From contig JAFVQA010000138.1 of NCBI GenBank assembly GCA_017505015.1, positions 1 through 37,579 of the forward strand: 37,579 nucleotides of DNA. Direction: 5' to 3'. The first letter of the stretch is position 1. Each line of letters begins with the position of its first letter. This stretch comes from Clostridia bacterium (lineage in GTDB: Bacteria > Bacillota > Clostridia > Christensenellales > CAG-314). Below the pieces are notes generated by a model that saw only the letters and a list, made by a program, of their open reading frames with translations, was not told the DNA's origin and did not search any database. Shown here piece after piece: positions 9,672 through 19,601 of this stretch. Both the position numbers and the translations under genes were made by a program.

Positions 9672-9688
9672 TTTTGGTATCTCCTCCC

Positions 9689-10660
9689 TTATTCATCCTT
9701 TTCTTTCAATTGAAGACCATAGCTCTTGATTTTGCCCAAAACTTCGTCAAGCGATTTTCTGCCGAGGTTTCTAACTTTGAGCATATCTTCTTCTGTGCGT
9801 TGAATCAAATCTGCAACAGTTTTGATACCAGCACGGTTCAAGCAGTTTTGGCTTCTTACTGACAAGTCCATCTCGTCGATGCTCATGTCCAATACTTTTT
9901 GTTGTTTGTCTTCTTCGCGGCTCTTGAGGAAGTCAATTTTGCTCATTGTTTCTGAAAGGTCAACGAACATTTGAATGTGATCCTGCAAAACTTTAGCTGC
10001 AAGGCTGACAATTTCAATTGCACTAAACGCACCGTTTGTTGTTACGTCCAAAGTCAACTTGTCAAAGTCGATGTTTTGACCAACACGAGCGTTTTCTACG
10101 TTGTAGCTTGCTTTTTTAACTGGAGTGAAGATTGAGTCAATTGGAATATAACCGATTGGATAATTAAGCTTCAACTCTTTGTTAACTTCTTTGTTTTTGT
10201 TAGCTGTAACGTAGCCTCTGCCTCTGCCAACGTGAAGTTCTGCTTCGAAAACAGCACCTTCGTCAAGAGTGCAGATATACAAATCAGGGTTCAAAACTTC
10301 AACTTCTGCATCAGTTTCGATATCTCTTGCGTAAATTACGCAAGGGCCCTGTTTTTTAATGTTAATAACTTTCCTAAAAGCGCAATCTGTTGTTGCAGTT
10401 TTGAGGGCGAGGTTTTTGAGGTTCAAGATAATTTCTGTAACGTCTTCTTTAACGCCAGGAATTACTGAAAACTCGTGTTGAACGCCTTCAATTTTAATAC
10501 CAACAACAGCAGCACCAGGAAGAGATGCGAGCAACACTCTGCGAAGAGCATTGCCAAGAGTAATACCAAACCCTCTTTCAAGTGGTTCTACCACCAATTT
10601 GCAAACGGCACCATCAGCGCTTTCTTCTGTGTGCATATTTGGTTTATCAATTTCCATCAT
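9689..10660 (-). CDS. rpoA: DNA-directed RNA polymerase alpha subunit
   Basis: LERGFGITLGNALRRVLLASLPG N-terminal motif and a CTD with LSVRSQNCLNRAGIKTVADL. AAGGAGGA RBS is present. rpsD-rpoA-rplQ synteny fits. Confidence 0.96.
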   Translation of the reverse strand: MMEIDKPNMHTEESADGAVCKLVVEPLERGFGITLGNALRRVLLASLPGAAVVGIKIEGVQHEFSVIPGVKEDVTEIILNLKNLALKTATTDCAFRKVINIKKQGPCVIYARDIETDAEVEVLNPDLYICTLDEGAVFEAELHVGRGRGYVTANKNKEVNKELKLNYPIGYIPIDSIFTPVKKASYNVENARVGQNIDFDKLTLDVTTNGAFSAIEIVSLAAKVLQDHIQMFVDLSETMSKIDFLKSREEDKQQKVLDMSIDEMDLSVRSQNCLNRAGIKTVADLIQRTEEDMLKVRNLGRKSLDEVLGKIKSYGLQLKEKDE

Positions 10661-10693
10661 AAGAGATAAAATCCTCCTTTTATAGGGTTAAGC

Positions 10694-11320
10694 TTACTTG
10701 CTGTACAATTCGACGATAAGTTGTTCGCGAATATCCATGCCGATATCTTCTCTAACTGGAAGTGCAATTACTTTACCGCTGAGGTTTTCCATGTCAGCTT
10801 CCAACCATTTAGGAATAACACCGTTTGGTTTTCTCTCCTTCAATTGTTTAAAGAAAGTATTGTTTGTTTTGTTTTCTTTAACAGCAACAACGTCGCCAGC
10901 TTTAACGATGTAAGATGGGATGTTTACTTTTTTGCCGTTAACTGTGATGTGAGCGTGGTTAACAAGTTGTCTTGCTTGGCTGCGTGAAACGCCAAAACCA
11001 AGACGGTAAACTACGTTGTCAAGTCTTCTTTCGAGCAAAGACAACATGTTTTCACCTGTTACGCCTTTTCTTCTATCAGCTTCTACGTAGTACATGTGGA
11101 ATTGTTTTTCACTTACACCGTAGATTCTTTTTGCTTTTTGTTTTTCGCGAAGTTGTGTAGCGTATTCAGTCACTTTTTTGCGTGCCGCACCGTGTTGACC
11201 CGGAGCAACTGCTCTTTTGTTCATTGCGCAGCTAGCTGAATAACATCTGTCGCCTTTAAGGAAAAGTTTTGCGCCTTCACGTCTGCAAAGACGGCAATCA
11301 GGTCCTGTATATCTAGCCAT
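10694..11320 (-). CDS. rpsD: 30S ribosomal protein S4 (Cys-containing N-terminus)
   Basis: [26 protein letters not shown]... at 208 aa, with matching synteny. Confidence 0.96.
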   Translation of the reverse strand: MARYTGPDCRLCRREGAKLFLKGDRCYSASCAMNKRAVAPGQHGAARKKVTEYATQLREKQKAKRIYGVSEKQFHMYYVEADRRKGVTGENMLSLLERRLDNVVYRLGFGVSRSQARQLVNHAHITVNGKKVNIPSYIVKAGDVVAVKENKTNNTFFKQLKERKPNGVIPKWLEADMENLSGKVIALPVREDIGMDIREQLIVELYSK

Positions 11321-11338
11321 TGTCTGAAATTCCTCCGA

Positions 11339-11728
11339 TTAAATTCTTCTCTTTTTAGGTGGACGGCAACCGTTGTGAGCGATTGGTGATACGTCTTTGA
11401 TGAGAGTTACATCAATTTCTGCTGTTTGCATAGCACGGATTGCAGATTCACGACCTGCACCTGGGCCTTTTACAAAAACTTCTACGCTTCTCAAGCCATA
11501 TTCTTTTGCAGCCATAGCAGCTTTTTCTGCAGCTTGTTGTGCAGCATAAGCAGTGCTTTTTCTTGAACCTCTAAAGCCCAATGCACCAGCTGAACATTGG
11601 CTCAAAGCGTTTCCTTCCATATCTGTGATAGTGATGATTGTGTTGTTGAAAGATGCTTGAATGTGAACTTGACCTTTGTCAACGTGTCTCAACACTTTTC
11701 TTTTTTTAGAAACTTTTTTTACTGCCAT
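11339..11728 (-). CDS. rpsK: 30S ribosomal protein S11
   Basis: 129 aa ending ...[12 protein letters not shown], with matching synteny. Confidence 0.96.
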   Translation of the reverse strand: MAVKKVSKKRKVLRHVDKGQVHIQASFNNTIITITDMEGNALSQCSAGALGFRGSRKSTAYAAQQAAEKAAMAAKEYGLRSVEVFVKGPGAGRESAIRAMQTAEIDVTLIKDVSPIAHNGCRPPKKRRI

Positions 11729-11739
11729 TTCAGTTCTCC

Positions 11740-12111
11740 TTACTTCTTCTTGCCTTTAGAAACGGTACGTTTTGGACCTTTTCTTGTACGAGCGTTTTGT
11801 TTTGTTGATTGACCTCTTACTGGCAAGCCTTTACGGTGACGGATACCTTTGTAAGAACCGATTTCCATCATATGTTTAATGTTCAAAGCAACTTCTCTTC
11901 TGAGGTCGCCTTCAACTTGCAAGTTGTGTTCGATATATTCTCTGAGTTTGCTAACGTCAGCTTCTGACAAATCTTTTACGCGGATATCAGGGTTTACGCC
12001 TGTTTCTGCAAGAATTTTGTCAGCTGTAGGTCTACCGATACCGAAGATATAAGTAAGACCGATTTGGATACGTTTTTCTCTTGGCAAATCTACGCCGGAA
12101 ATACGAGCCAT
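11740..12111 (-). CDS. rpsM: 30S ribosomal protein S13
   Basis: [14 protein letters not shown]... at 123 aa. Confidence 0.96.
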   Translation of the reverse strand: MARISGVDLPREKRIQIGLTYIFGIGRPTADKILAETGVNPDIRVKDLSEADVSKLREYIEHNLQVEGDLRREVALNIKHMMEIGSYKGIRHRKGLPVRGQSTKQNARTRKGPKRTVSKGKKK

Positions 12112-12247
12112 CTGATAAATTTCCTCCTGAATTTTTGTTTAAAAAAATCTATGTCACTTTTACAAGAGCAAAAAAGATAGATACTGGAATGTTTTTTGCT
12201 GGTGTAAAAAATTATTTTCGGGTTTAAACCTCTTTTGTTAAAGAGGA

Positions 12248-12364
12248 TTAGCCTTGGCGTTGTTTGTGATTTGGATATTTAGAGCAAATAACCATAACTC
12301 TGCCGTTTCTTTTGATGATTTTGCATTTGTCACACATCGGTTTTACGCTTGGTCTAACTTTCAT
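12248..12364 (-). CDS. rpmJ: 50S ribosomal protein L36 (38 aa; not in the ORF track)
   Basis: Hand translation of the minus strand gives [38 protein letters not shown]-stop. GGAGGA lies 8 nt before the ATG at 12364. It sits between infA and rpsM as expected. Confidence 0.93.
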   Translation of the reverse strand: MKVRPSVKPMCDKCKIIKRNGRVMVICSKYPNHKQRQG

Positions 12365-12379
12365 ATCTGATTTCCTCCG

Positions 12380-12601
12380 TTATTTTTTACTTCTCCAAGT
12401 GATTCGACCTTTTGTCAAATCATAAGGACTCATAGCTACAGTCACGCTGTCACCAGGAAGAATTTTGATATAGTTCATTCTCAATTTTCCTGAGATATAA
12501 GCTGTGATGACAAGTCCGTTAGTAAGTCTGACTTTAAATGTCGCGTTACGCATGGCCTCTTCAACGACGCCTTCTACTTCAATTACATCATCTTTTGACA
12601 T
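12380..12601 (-). CDS. infA: Translation initiation factor IF-1 (73 aa)
   Basis: [26 protein letters not shown]... matches IF-1. GGAGGA RBS precedes the ATG at 12601. The track start at 12622 adds 7 unsupported residues. Confidence 0.94.
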   Translation of the reverse strand: MSKDDVIEVEGVVEEAMRNATFKVRLTNGLVITAYISGKLRMNYIKILPGDSVTVAMSPYDLTKGRITWRSKK

Positions 12602-12625
12602 AACTTTACAATTCCTCCACAAATT

Positions 12626-12904
12626 TTAGCGTTCTGCTTTGATGAAGTTTCTCAAACTGCTGTTTACTTCGCTGTCGAAAACTTTTTTGTTTTCGTTTAG
12701 CTTTTGAGCGATAACGTCCAGCGTATCCCCCGTGTGTTTGAGATGTTTGATATTTTTCTTTTTTGGTTTGCACAGTCTGTGAGTTTTGCCGTCTGCAATC
12801 AACACGAATTGATCATCGACAACACCCACACACAAATACAAATTATTTTGGTCTCTGCCCTGTTTTGACAGAACCACCGAGCCTATAACAATTTCAGTTG
12901 ACAT
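12626..12904 (-). CDS. KOW-domain RNA-binding protein (YbzG-like, 92 aa)
   Basis: AGGGAG RBS precedes the ATG at 12904. The sequence MSTEIVIGSVVLSKQGRDQNNLYLCVGV... shows a KOW-like pattern. It occupies the map/infA slot as in many Firmicutes. The longer track ORF (to 12994) would overlap map by 74 nt. Confidence 0.7.
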   Translation of the reverse strand: MSTEIVIGSVVLSKQGRDQNNLYLCVGVVDDQFVLIADGKTHRLCKPKKKNIKHLKHTGDTLDVIAQKLNENKKVFDSEVNSSLRNFIKAER

Positions 12905-12920
12905 AATACTCCCTTGAAAA

Positions 12921-13667
12921 TCAAAGTGTAAGGATTTCGCATCCGTCTTTAGTGACAACCAAAGTGTTTTCGTAATGAGCGCTTGGCTTGCCATCGATTG
13001 TCACACACGTCCAACCGTCGTCAAGAAACTCAACTCTGTAATCGCCCATGTTTACCATAGGCTCAATTGCAAGTGCCATGCCCTCAACTATGCGCAGACC
13101 TCTGCCTGCTTTGCCATAGTTTGGCACGTCTGGCATTTCGTGCAAATTTTCACCAATACCGTGGCCGACCAACACCTTTACAGTAGAATAACCGAAAGAC
13201 GTAACGTAGCTATCAATAGCGTGTCCGATGTCTCCCAGCCTGATTCCTTCTTTAATGATTTTTGCCGCTTCAAAAAAGCTTTGTTTAGTAACGTCAATAA
13301 GTTTTTGTTTTTCAGCAGAAATTTTGCCTACTGCAAAAGTTCTCGCCGCGTCACCATGAAAACCGTTTTTATAAGCGCCGATATCAATGCTTATTATGCT
13401 GCCTTCGCGCAAAACCTTTTTAGAACTTGGAATTCCATGAACAACTTCGTCATCTATTGATGCACAAATGCTTTTTGGAAAGCCGTTATAATTCAAAAAA
13501 GATGGATAAGCATTTTCTTTTGTGATGTAGTCGTATACGATTTTATCCAGGTATTCTGTTGTAACACCCGGTTTAACTGCCTCTTCTACGAGGGCCAAAG
13601 CATTTTTTACAATACGGTTTGGCTCACGCATAAGGGCAACTTGTTCGCCATTTTTTAAGTATATCAT
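12921..13667 (-). CDS. map: Methionine aminopeptidase, type I
   Basis: 248 aa with metal-ligand context (SIDIGAYKNGFHGDAART, VGHGIGENLHE, LAIEPM). adk-map synteny fits, with an ATGA overlap onto the adk stop. Confidence 0.95.
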   Translation of the reverse strand: MIYLKNGEQVALMREPNRIVKNALALVEEAVKPGVTTEYLDKIVYDYITKENAYPSFLNYNGFPKSICASIDDEVVHGIPSSKKVLREGSIISIDIGAYKNGFHGDAARTFAVGKISAEKQKLIDVTKQSFFEAAKIIKEGIRLGDIGHAIDSYVTSFGYSTVKVLVGHGIGENLHEMPDVPNYGKAGRGLRIVEGMALAIEPMVNMGDYRVEFLDDGWTCVTIDGKPSAHYENTLVVTKDGCEILTL

Positions 13668-14287
13668 AAATTGTCCAAAATTTGAACTATTTTTTCGTAT
13701 ACTTCGCTAATTGATTTTGCAGCATCAAGATTTTTGAGTGTACCTTGTTTTGCATAGAAGTCAATGAGCGGTTTTGTTTGTTCATCATAGACTTTAAGTC
13801 TGTTTGCAACGGTTTCTGCAGTGTCGTCTTTTCTTTGATAAAGTTCACCGCCACAACGAGTGCATTTTGTAATGTCGCCCATTGTTGATTTGTGATAAGG
13901 AACACCACATTCTTTGCATGTCCAACGGCCAGTAAGTCTGTCCATCAAAATGCTGTTGTCTACGTCAAAGTTCAAAGCTACGTCTGAGCCAATTTCTCTT
14001 TCGAAGGCTTCGGCTTGCGGAATAGTACGTGGAAAACCATCCAAAATAAAACCGTTTTTGCAATCGTCCTGATCAAGTCTTTCTTTAACGATTCTAAGTA
14101 CTACTTCGTCGGGAACCAATTGTCCTTTTGATGCATATTGTGCAAACAATTGACCAAGTTCTGAATCTGGTTTGAGTGCACGGAAAATATCACCTGTTGA
14201 AATGTGTGGCACGTTGTATCTTTCTGACAAAGATTTTGCTTGACTGCCTTTACCTGCGCCTGGAGCGCCCAACAATACGATACGCAT
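13664..14287 (-). CDS. adk: Adenylate kinase (Cys4 zinc lid)
   Basis: P-loop GAPGAGKGSQA and lid CKECG...CTRCGG, at 207 aa. Confidence 0.96.
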   Translation of the reverse strand: MRIVLLGAPGAGKGSQAKSLSERYNVPHISTGDIFRALKPDSELGQLFAQYASKGQLVPDEVVLRIVKERLDQDDCKNGFILDGFPRTIPQAEAFEREIGSDVALNFDVDNSILMDRLTGRWTCKECGVPYHKSTMGDITKCTRCGGELYQRKDDTAETVANRLKVYDEQTKPLIDFYAKQGTLKNLDAAKSISEVYEKIVQILDNL

Positions 14288-14327
14288 ATCTATTCCCTCT
14301 CTGATAGTTTAGTTTGTTTTGTTTCAT

Positions 14328-14364
14328 CTGGTGGGACACGCCCTCAAGGCGCATCCTCACTCAG
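14328..14364 (-). other. GC-rich imperfect hairpin in the secY-adk spacer
   Basis: Minus strand CUGAGUGAGGAUGCGCC-uugag-GGCGUGUCCCACCAG forms about 15-17 bp with single-A bulges. No U tract follows. Confidence 0.4.
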
Positions 14365-14375
14365 GAAACAGGCCC

Positions 14376-15692
14376 TTATTTGTTAAGGAAACCTTTGTAA
14401 TATTTCATCATAAGTTGTTGTTCCAAAGCTTTGTCAAACTCCAATGCAACGTTTACTACGATGAGCAAACCTGTTGATGTGAATGTGTTGAGCAAACCAA
14501 GGTTGCCTGCGCCAACGATTTGGAAAAGAATGCTTGGCACGAAAGCGATGATTGCAAGGAACAATGCACCAAAGAATGTGATTCTTTGAATAACTTTTGT
14601 GAGATATTCGGCAGTTGGTTGACCAGGTCTGATACCAGGAATAAAACCGCCGTTGTTTTGAATGTTTTTTGACACTTCGATCGGATTGAATTGCACTTGT
14701 TGATAGAAGAATGCAAACAAGAAGATGAAGATTGTCAACATGATTGGGTAAAGCCAAGAAGCTGTGCCCATGTTAACTGTGTACCAAGTTACCCAGTTTT
14801 GACCTGCCCAGAATGTGTTAAAGAGCATTTCTGGGAAAGATGTAAGAGCAAATGCGAAGATGAGTGGCAATACGCCAGAACCATTTACACGAACAGGAAT
14901 TGTTGTGTTTTGGCCACCATACATTTTGTTGCCCTTAACTTGTTTTGCATATTGAACAGTGATTTTTCTTTCTGCTTTGTCAACGAAAATGATGAAAGCA
15001 AAGATAACAACTGCCATAGCGAGGAAGCCGAGAAGTTCCCAACCACCTGCATTAAAGCCACCTTCGATAACACTCTTGATTGCACCAACGATTGCGTTAC
15101 CTGCAGTTGCGAGGATACCTACGAAGATGAGAAGTGACATACCGTTAGATACGCCATATTCTGTGATACGTTCACCAATCCACATACACAAAGTTGCACC
15201 TGCGATGAGAATGAGTGAAACAAAGATAAAGAGTACCCAAGTTGGAACTATAAATTCTGCTGAAATAAGTTTGTTGTTGAGTACGCCTTGGTTGTTGAAT
15301 GCAACGAGAATACCAATCGCTTGGATTGCTGCAAGAACAACTGTGAAATAACGTGTGATTTGTGTGAGTTTTTTACGGCCTTCGTCACCTTGTCTTGAAA
15401 GTCTTTCGAGAGAAGGGATAGCAACTGTCAACAATTGAAGAATGATTGACGCGTTGATATATGGTGAAATACCAATAGCAAACAAAGTACCGTTAGCAAG
15501 CGCACCACCGTTGATGGCACTGATAATACCAAGGAACGTATTGCCAGTTACAGCACCGCTGATTACTGCTTTGTCAATACCTGGAACAGGAATAAATGAA
15601 CCAAGTCTGTAGATTGCTACAAGCAAAAGAGTGAACAAGATTTTTGTTCTAACCTCTTTTGACTTGAAAGAATTTTTAATTGTTTGCCACAT
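14376..15692 (-). CDS. secY: Preprotein translocase subunit SecY
   Basis: 438 aa, 10-TM pattern, in the rplO-secY-adk order. TAATG overlap with the rplO stop. Confidence 0.96.
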   Translation of the reverse strand: MWQTIKNSFKSKEVRTKILFTLLLVAIYRLGSFIPVPGIDKAVISGAVTGNTFLGIISAINGGALANGTLFAIGISPYINASIILQLLTVAIPSLERLSRQGDEGRKKLTQITRYFTVVLAAIQAIGILVAFNNQGVLNNKLISAEFIVPTWVLFIFVSLILIAGATLCMWIGERITEYGVSNGMSLLIFVGILATAGNAIVGAIKSVIEGGFNAGGWELLGFLAMAVVIFAFIIFVDKAERKITVQYAKQVKGNKMYGGQNTTIPVRVNGSGVLPLIFAFALTSFPEMLFNTFWAGQNWVTWYTVNMGTASWLYPIMLTIFIFLFAFFYQQVQFNPIEVSKNIQNNGGFIPGIRPGQPTAEYLTKVIQRITFFGALFLAIIAFVPSILFQIVGAGNLGLLNTFTSTGLLIVVNVALEFDKALEQQLMMKYYKGFLNK

Positions 15693-16138
15693 TATTCAAT
15701 CACCTCTGCTTTGCCACCAGCTTTTTCAATGTTGGCAATAGCAGACTGTGAAAATTTGTGCGCTTTTACTGTAAGCTGTTTAGTAAGAGTACCGTCACTC
15801 AATACTTTAAGTCCAGCATTGCCTTTGTCAGCTGCAAGACCCATATCGTATACCAATTCAGGTGTTACAACTGTGCCGTTGTCGAAACATTCGAGATCAC
15901 CAATGTTGATGACAGAATATTCTTTACGCCAGTTATTAGTAAAGCCTCTTTTAGGCAAACGACGTGCCAAAGGCATTTGACCACCTTCGAAACCGATGCG
16001 AACACCGCCGCCGCTTCTTGCCCATTGACCTTTGTGACCTTTACCGCTTGTTTTGCCGAGACCGCTGCCAGTACCTCTGCCGAGTCTTTTTGATGCAGTC
16101 ACAGCGCCAGGAGCAGGTTGAATAGTATGAATTTTCAT
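15692..16138 (-). CDS. rplO: 50S ribosomal protein L15
   Basis: [17 protein letters not shown] motif. GGAGG lies 7 nt before the ATG at 16138. The track start at 16141 is a TTG one codon upstream. Confidence 0.95.
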   Translation of the reverse strand: MKIHTIQPAPGAVTASKRLGRGTGSGLGKTSGKGHKGQWARSGGGVRIGFEGGQMPLARRLPKRGFTNNWRKEYSVINIGDLECFDNGTVVTPELVYDMGLAADKGNAGLKVLSDGTLTKQLTVKAHKFSQSAIANIEKAGGKAEVIE

Positions 16139-16153
16139 CAATGTGCCTCCTAC

Positions 16154-16453
16154 TTACTTAACTTCTTCTACTTTGATCAAGTGTCTAACTCTAAACAACA
16201 TGCCGTTGAGAGCTGGGCTAACTTTGAATACTTTAGAAGAACCTACTTTTTTGAGACCCAAAGCAGCAACAGTTGCTTTGTGAACTTCCAAAGAACCGAT
16301 TGTACTTTTGATCAATGTTACTTTAACGCTTTCTTCTGAGATAGCGTATGGCATTTCGCCTTTGTTATTTTTTACGTTATAAAGTGGTTTTTTGCTTTCA
16401 ACCACAACTCTGCCGTGGTGCATTTTTGGAGCATTTGTTTTGATTTCTGACAT
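16154..16453 (-). CDS. rpmD: 50S ribosomal protein L30 with an approximately 40-aa N-terminal extension (99 aa)
   Basis: The C-terminal 57 aa (VKVTLIKSTIGSLEVHKATVAALGLKKVGSSKVFKVSPALNGMLFRVRHLIKVEEV) is canonical L30. A strong GGAGG lies 6 nt before the ATG at 16453. The internal ATG at 16354 has no SD. Confidence 0.85.
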   Translation of the reverse strand: MSEIKTNAPKMHHGRVVVESKKPLYNVKNNKGEMPYAISEESVKVTLIKSTIGSLEVHKATVAALGLKKVGSSKVFKVSPALNGMLFRVRHLIKVEEVK

Positions 16454-16466
16454 ATGTTACCTCCTA

Positions 16467-17039
16467 TTATGCTTGCACTTCTTCAACAGATTTGCCTCTC
16501 AAAGCAGCAACTTTTTCTGCTGTTCTGAGGCTAGCCAAACCGTTGATAGTTGCTTTTACACAGTTGATTGGGTTTGTGCTACCAAGACATTTAGTACGAA
16601 TATCTTTGTAACCAGCTACTTCAAGCACGCTTCTTACTTTACCACCAGAAATGATACCAGTACCAGGTTGAGCAGGTTTCATAAGAACTGTGCCTCTGCC
16701 AAATTTACCGATTACTTCGTGTGGAATTGATGTACCAACGATTGGTACGTTGATCATGCTCTTTTTAGCTCTTTGTGTTGCTTTTTCGATAGCTTGTGGA
16801 ACTTCCGCAGCTTTACCAGTGCCGCAACCTACTTTACCTTTGCCGTCACCAACTACTACCAAAGCTGTAAAACGCATTGTTCTACCACCTTTTACTACTT
16901 TAGTTACGCGGTTGATGCAAACAAGTTTCTTTTGGAGGTCGTCAGCTTCTTCTTTTCTTTCTCTGTTGAACTTTGGTCTGCTGTTTGGACGTTTGTTGTC
17001 ACGTTCAGCTCTTTGACCTTGGTTTTCACGTCTTTCCAT
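16467..17039 (-). CDS. rpsE: 30S ribosomal protein S5 (190 aa, basic/acidic N-terminal extension of about 25 aa)
   Basis: [36 protein letters not shown] core, with matching synteny. Confidence 0.95.
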   Translation of the reverse strand: MERRENQGQRAERDNKRPNSRPKFNRERKEEADDLQKKLVCINRVTKVVKGGRTMRFTALVVVGDGKGKVGCGTGKAAEVPQAIEKATQRAKKSMINVPIVGTSIPHEVIGKFGRGTVLMKPAQPGTGIISGGKVRSVLEVAGYKDIRTKCLGSTNPINCVKATINGLASLRTAEKVAALRGKSVEEVQA

Positions 17040-17055
17040 CTGAATTTACCTCCTA

Positions 17056-17418
17056 TTAGAATTTCAAGCCGGCTTCGCGAGCGCCTTCGGCAACTGCTGC
17101 CACACGACCTGTATAGATGTAACCACCTCTGTCGAATACAACTTCAGTGATACCTTTTTCCAAAGCAAGTTTAGCAGCTTGTGCGCCAACTTCTTTAGCT
17201 TGTTCTGTTTTTGTTTTGCCTGCAAGTTGATCTGCCATTTGCAAAGAGTTTGCTGCAACAAGTGTAACACCGTTTACGTCGTCGATAACTTGAACGTAGA
17301 TGTATCTTGTGCTACGGTAAACGTTGAAGCGAGGTTTAAGGCTTGTGCCAGAAACTTTTTTTCTAACTCTTGCGTGACGGATTCTTCTGTCAGCGTTTTT
17401 ATCCAATTTAGAAATCAT
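17056..17418 (-). CDS. rplR: 50S ribosomal protein L18
   Basis: 120 aa with [15 protein letters not shown]... and [12 protein letters not shown] motifs. Confidence 0.95.
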   Translation of the reverse strand: MISKLDKNADRRIRHARVRKKVSGTSLKPRFNVYRSTRYIYVQVIDDVNGVTLVAANSLQMADQLAGKTKTEQAKEVGAQAAKLALEKGITEVVFDRGGYIYTGRVAAVAEGAREAGLKF

Positions 17419-17429
17419 ATTTTCACCTC

Positions 17430-17972
17430 TTATTTACCAGCAGTTTTGCCTTCTTTAGTAATAACAACTTCGTCTTTATAACGAATACCATATGAGTGAT
17501 AAGGCTCAACTTCTCTTTTAGCTCTGATGTTTGCAGCCACTTGACCTACCAAAGTTTTGTCAATACCTTTAACAACAACTTCTGTAAGTTGTGGACATTC
17601 GATTGTGATGCCTTCTGGAGCTTCGATTTCAACTGGGTGTGAGTAACCAATGTTAAGGATAAGTTTTTTACCTTGAACTTGTGCTTTATAACCTACACCG
17701 TTTACGATAAGAGCTTTTTCGAAACCTTTAGTTACGCCAACAACCATGTTGTTGATGAGCGCTCTGTAAAGACCGTGTTGTGCTCTTGCATCTTTTTTGT
17801 CGTTTGCTCTAGAAAGAACGACTGTGTTGTTTTCAACTGCAACTGAAATGTCTTTATTGCCGATTTGTTGTGAAAGTTGACCTTTAGGTCCTTTTACTGT
17901 TACGAGGCCGTTTTCAACTTTAACTTCAACGCCTTCTGGAAGAACGATCGGCATTCTACCAATTCTTGACAT
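17430..17972 (-). CDS. rplF: 50S ribosomal protein L6
   Basis: [17 protein letters not shown]... at 180 aa. Confidence 0.95.
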   Translation of the reverse strand: MSRIGRMPIVLPEGVEVKVENGLVTVKGPKGQLSQQIGNKDISVAVENNTVVLSRANDKKDARAQHGLYRALINNMVVGVTKGFEKALIVNGVGYKAQVQGKKLILNIGYSHPVEIEAPEGITIECPQLTEVVVKGIDKTLVGQVAANIRAKREVEPYHSYGIRYKDEVVITKEGKTAGK

Positions 17973-17987
17973 AAATGCTTATCCTCC

Positions 17988-18383
17988 TTACCAAACGAAT
18001 GCGAGAACTTCACCACCGAGGTTGTTTGCTCTTGCTTCTTTATCAGTCATGATACCCTTAGAAGTTGAAAGGATAGCGATACCGAGACCATTCAAAACTT
18101 TAGGGATTTCGTTGCTTTTTGCGTATACACGGAGACCTGGTTTAGAAATACGTTTGAGACCACTGATAACGTTGCCTTCTTTGCTGTATTTCAAAGTAAC
18201 CAAAATGCTGCCTTGAACGCCTTCTTCTTTGAGTTCTACATTGCTGATGTAACCTTCGTTCAAAAGGATGTCAGCAATGGCTTTTTTCATTTTAGATGCT
18301 GGAACTTCTACAGTTTCGTGCTTTGCAGTCAAAGCATTTCTGATGCGAGTCAGCATATCTGCGATTGGATCTGTAACAACCAT
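17988..18383 (-). CDS. rpsH: 30S ribosomal protein S8 (131 aa)
   Basis: [17 protein letters not shown]... with AGGAGGA RBS before the ATG at 18383. The track ORF extension to 18470 would overlap rpsN. Confidence 0.95.
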   Translation of the reverse strand: MVVTDPIADMLTRIRNALTAKHETVEVPASKMKKAIADILLNEGYISNVELKEEGVQGSILVTLKYSKEGNVISGLKRISKPGLRVYAKSNEIPKVLNGLGIAILSTSKGIMTDKEARANNLGGEVLAFVW

Positions 18384-18409
18384 TGTTTTTTTCCTCCTAA
18401 ATAACTGAC

Positions 18410-18595
18410 TTACCAGCTTGATTTTTTTACACCAGGGATTTCGCCCTTGTAAGCGAGTTCTCTGAAGCATACTCTGCAGATACCGTATTTACGGAGTACA
18501 GCGTGTGGTCTGCCACAGATTGAACATCTTGTATAAGCACGAGTTGAAAACTTTGGTGCTTTTTGTTGTTTCAAAATAAGAGCTTTTTTAGCCAT
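18410..18595 (-). CDS. rpsN: 30S ribosomal protein S14 type Z (zinc-binding, 61 aa)
   Basis: [12 protein letters not shown]...[23 protein letters not shown]... Confidence 0.95.
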   Translation of the reverse strand: MAKKALILKQQKAPKFSTRAYTRCSICGRPHAVLRKYGICRVCFRELAYKGEIPGVKKSSW

Positions 18596-18607
18596 TGTTT
18601 TCCTCCA

Positions 18608-19165
18608 TTACTTTGAGAAAGGCATACCCAAGAGTCTGAGAAGTTCTCTTGCTTCTTCGTCGCTTTTTGCAGTTGTTACAAAAGTTACGTCGAAACCTCT
18701 TGTTTTTTCTACCTGGTCGTATGAGATTTCAGGGAAGATAAGTTGTTCCTTGATACCCAATGTGTAGTTGCCTCTGCCATCGAATGCATTTGGATTTACG
18801 CCGTGGAAGTCTCTAACGCGTGGGAGAGCTACTGACACGAGTTTGTCCATAAATTCATACATTCTTTGGTTACGCAAAGTTACTTTCGCTCCGATTGGCA
18901 TACCTTCTCTTACTTTGAAGTTTGCAACGGATTTTTTAGCTTTTGTTACCATAGGTTTTTGACCGGCAATCATTTTGATTTCGTCTACAGCGAGTTGGAA
19001 AGATTTTGCATTATCTTTAACGTCGCCCAAACCTGCGTTGATAACGATTTTTTCAAGTCTTGGAACTTGGTTGATGTTTTCGTATTTGAAGTGTTCTTTC
19101 AAAGCAGGAACAACACTGTTTTTATACGCAGCCATCAATCTGTTCATTTCTTTAACTTCTGCCAC
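18608..19165 (-). CDS. rplE: 50S ribosomal protein L5 (GTG start)
   Basis: [20 protein letters not shown]... core. GGAGGA lies 8 nt before the GTG at 19165. An ATG six codons in (19147) is an alternative start with no SD. Confidence 0.93.
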   Translation of the reverse strand: MAEVKEMNRLMAAYKNSVVPALKEHFKYENINQVPRLEKIVINAGLGDVKDNAKSFQLAVDEIKMIAGQKPMVTKAKKSVANFKVREGMPIGAKVTLRNQRMYEFMDKLVSVALPRVRDFHGVNPNAFDGRGNYTLGIKEQLIFPEISYDQVEKTRGFDVTFVTTAKSDEEARELLRLLGMPFSK

Positions 19166-19179
19166 AGTGAATTTCCTCC

Positions 19180-19584
19180 TTATTCAGCTTTTTCAGCTGC
19201 TTTTTTTGTTGTTTTGCGTTTTGTAGCAGCTTTTTTAGCTGGTTTTTCTTCTTTTCTTTCTACGATAACAGCGCCACATTTTTTGCACTGTCTGAGATAT
19301 TTGCCGTTTTCACCAGCAACGTGACCGATACGAGTTGTTTTGTCGCAAGCTGGGCAAACGATCATTACGTTTGATACGTCAATTGCACGTTCTCTTTCGA
19401 TGATACCACCCGGTTGTTGTGCAGAACGTGGTCTTGTGTGGCGTTTTACCATGTTGAGACCTTCTACAACTACTGTACCGTTTTTAGGGCTAGCAGCAAG
19501 AACTTTACCGCGTTTGCCTTTAGCTTCGATACCGCCGCAGATGATTTCAACGAGGTCGCCTTTTCTGATTTCCATTTTATTCAT
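19180..19584 (-). CDS. rplX: 50S ribosomal protein L24, Cys4 zinc-ribbon form with a Lys/Ala-rich tail (134 aa)
   Basis: KOW core [12 protein letters not shown]...GKRGKVL, then CPAC...CKKC. GGAGG lies 11 nt before the ATG at 19584. The track start at 19602 overlaps the SD itself. Confidence 0.9.
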   Translation of the reverse strand: MNKMEIRKGDLVEIICGGIEAKGKRGKVLAASPKNGTVVVEGLNMVKRHTRPRSAQQPGGIIERERAIDVSNVMIVCPACDKTTRIGHVAGENGKYLRQCKKCGAVIVERKEEKPAKKAATKRKTTKKAAEKAE

Positions 19585-19601
19585 CTTAGTATAGACCTCC
19601 A

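Noticed and set aside
12112-12247. Possible internal promoter or terminator between rpmJ and rpsM (hairpin CCTCTTT-aaca-AAAGAGG right after the rpmJ stop; TTTACA...TATCTA).
   Set aside because: The hairpin is followed by only three U residues, and the hexamers have poor spacing (19 nt) and a weak -10. It is plausible as a modulator but not supportable from sequence alone.
12905-12994. N-terminal extension of the KOW-protein ORF, which overlaps map. Similar 5' extensions occur in the track ORFs for rpsH (to 18470), infA (to 12622), rplX (to 19602), ydjI-like (to 37301), the G1PDH-like gene (to 9061) and the lipoprotein (to 3681).
   Set aside because: In each case an internal ATG is preceded by a good GGAGG-type SD at correct spacing and reproduces the canonical protein N-terminus. 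The extensions overlap neighbouring genes or the SD itself.
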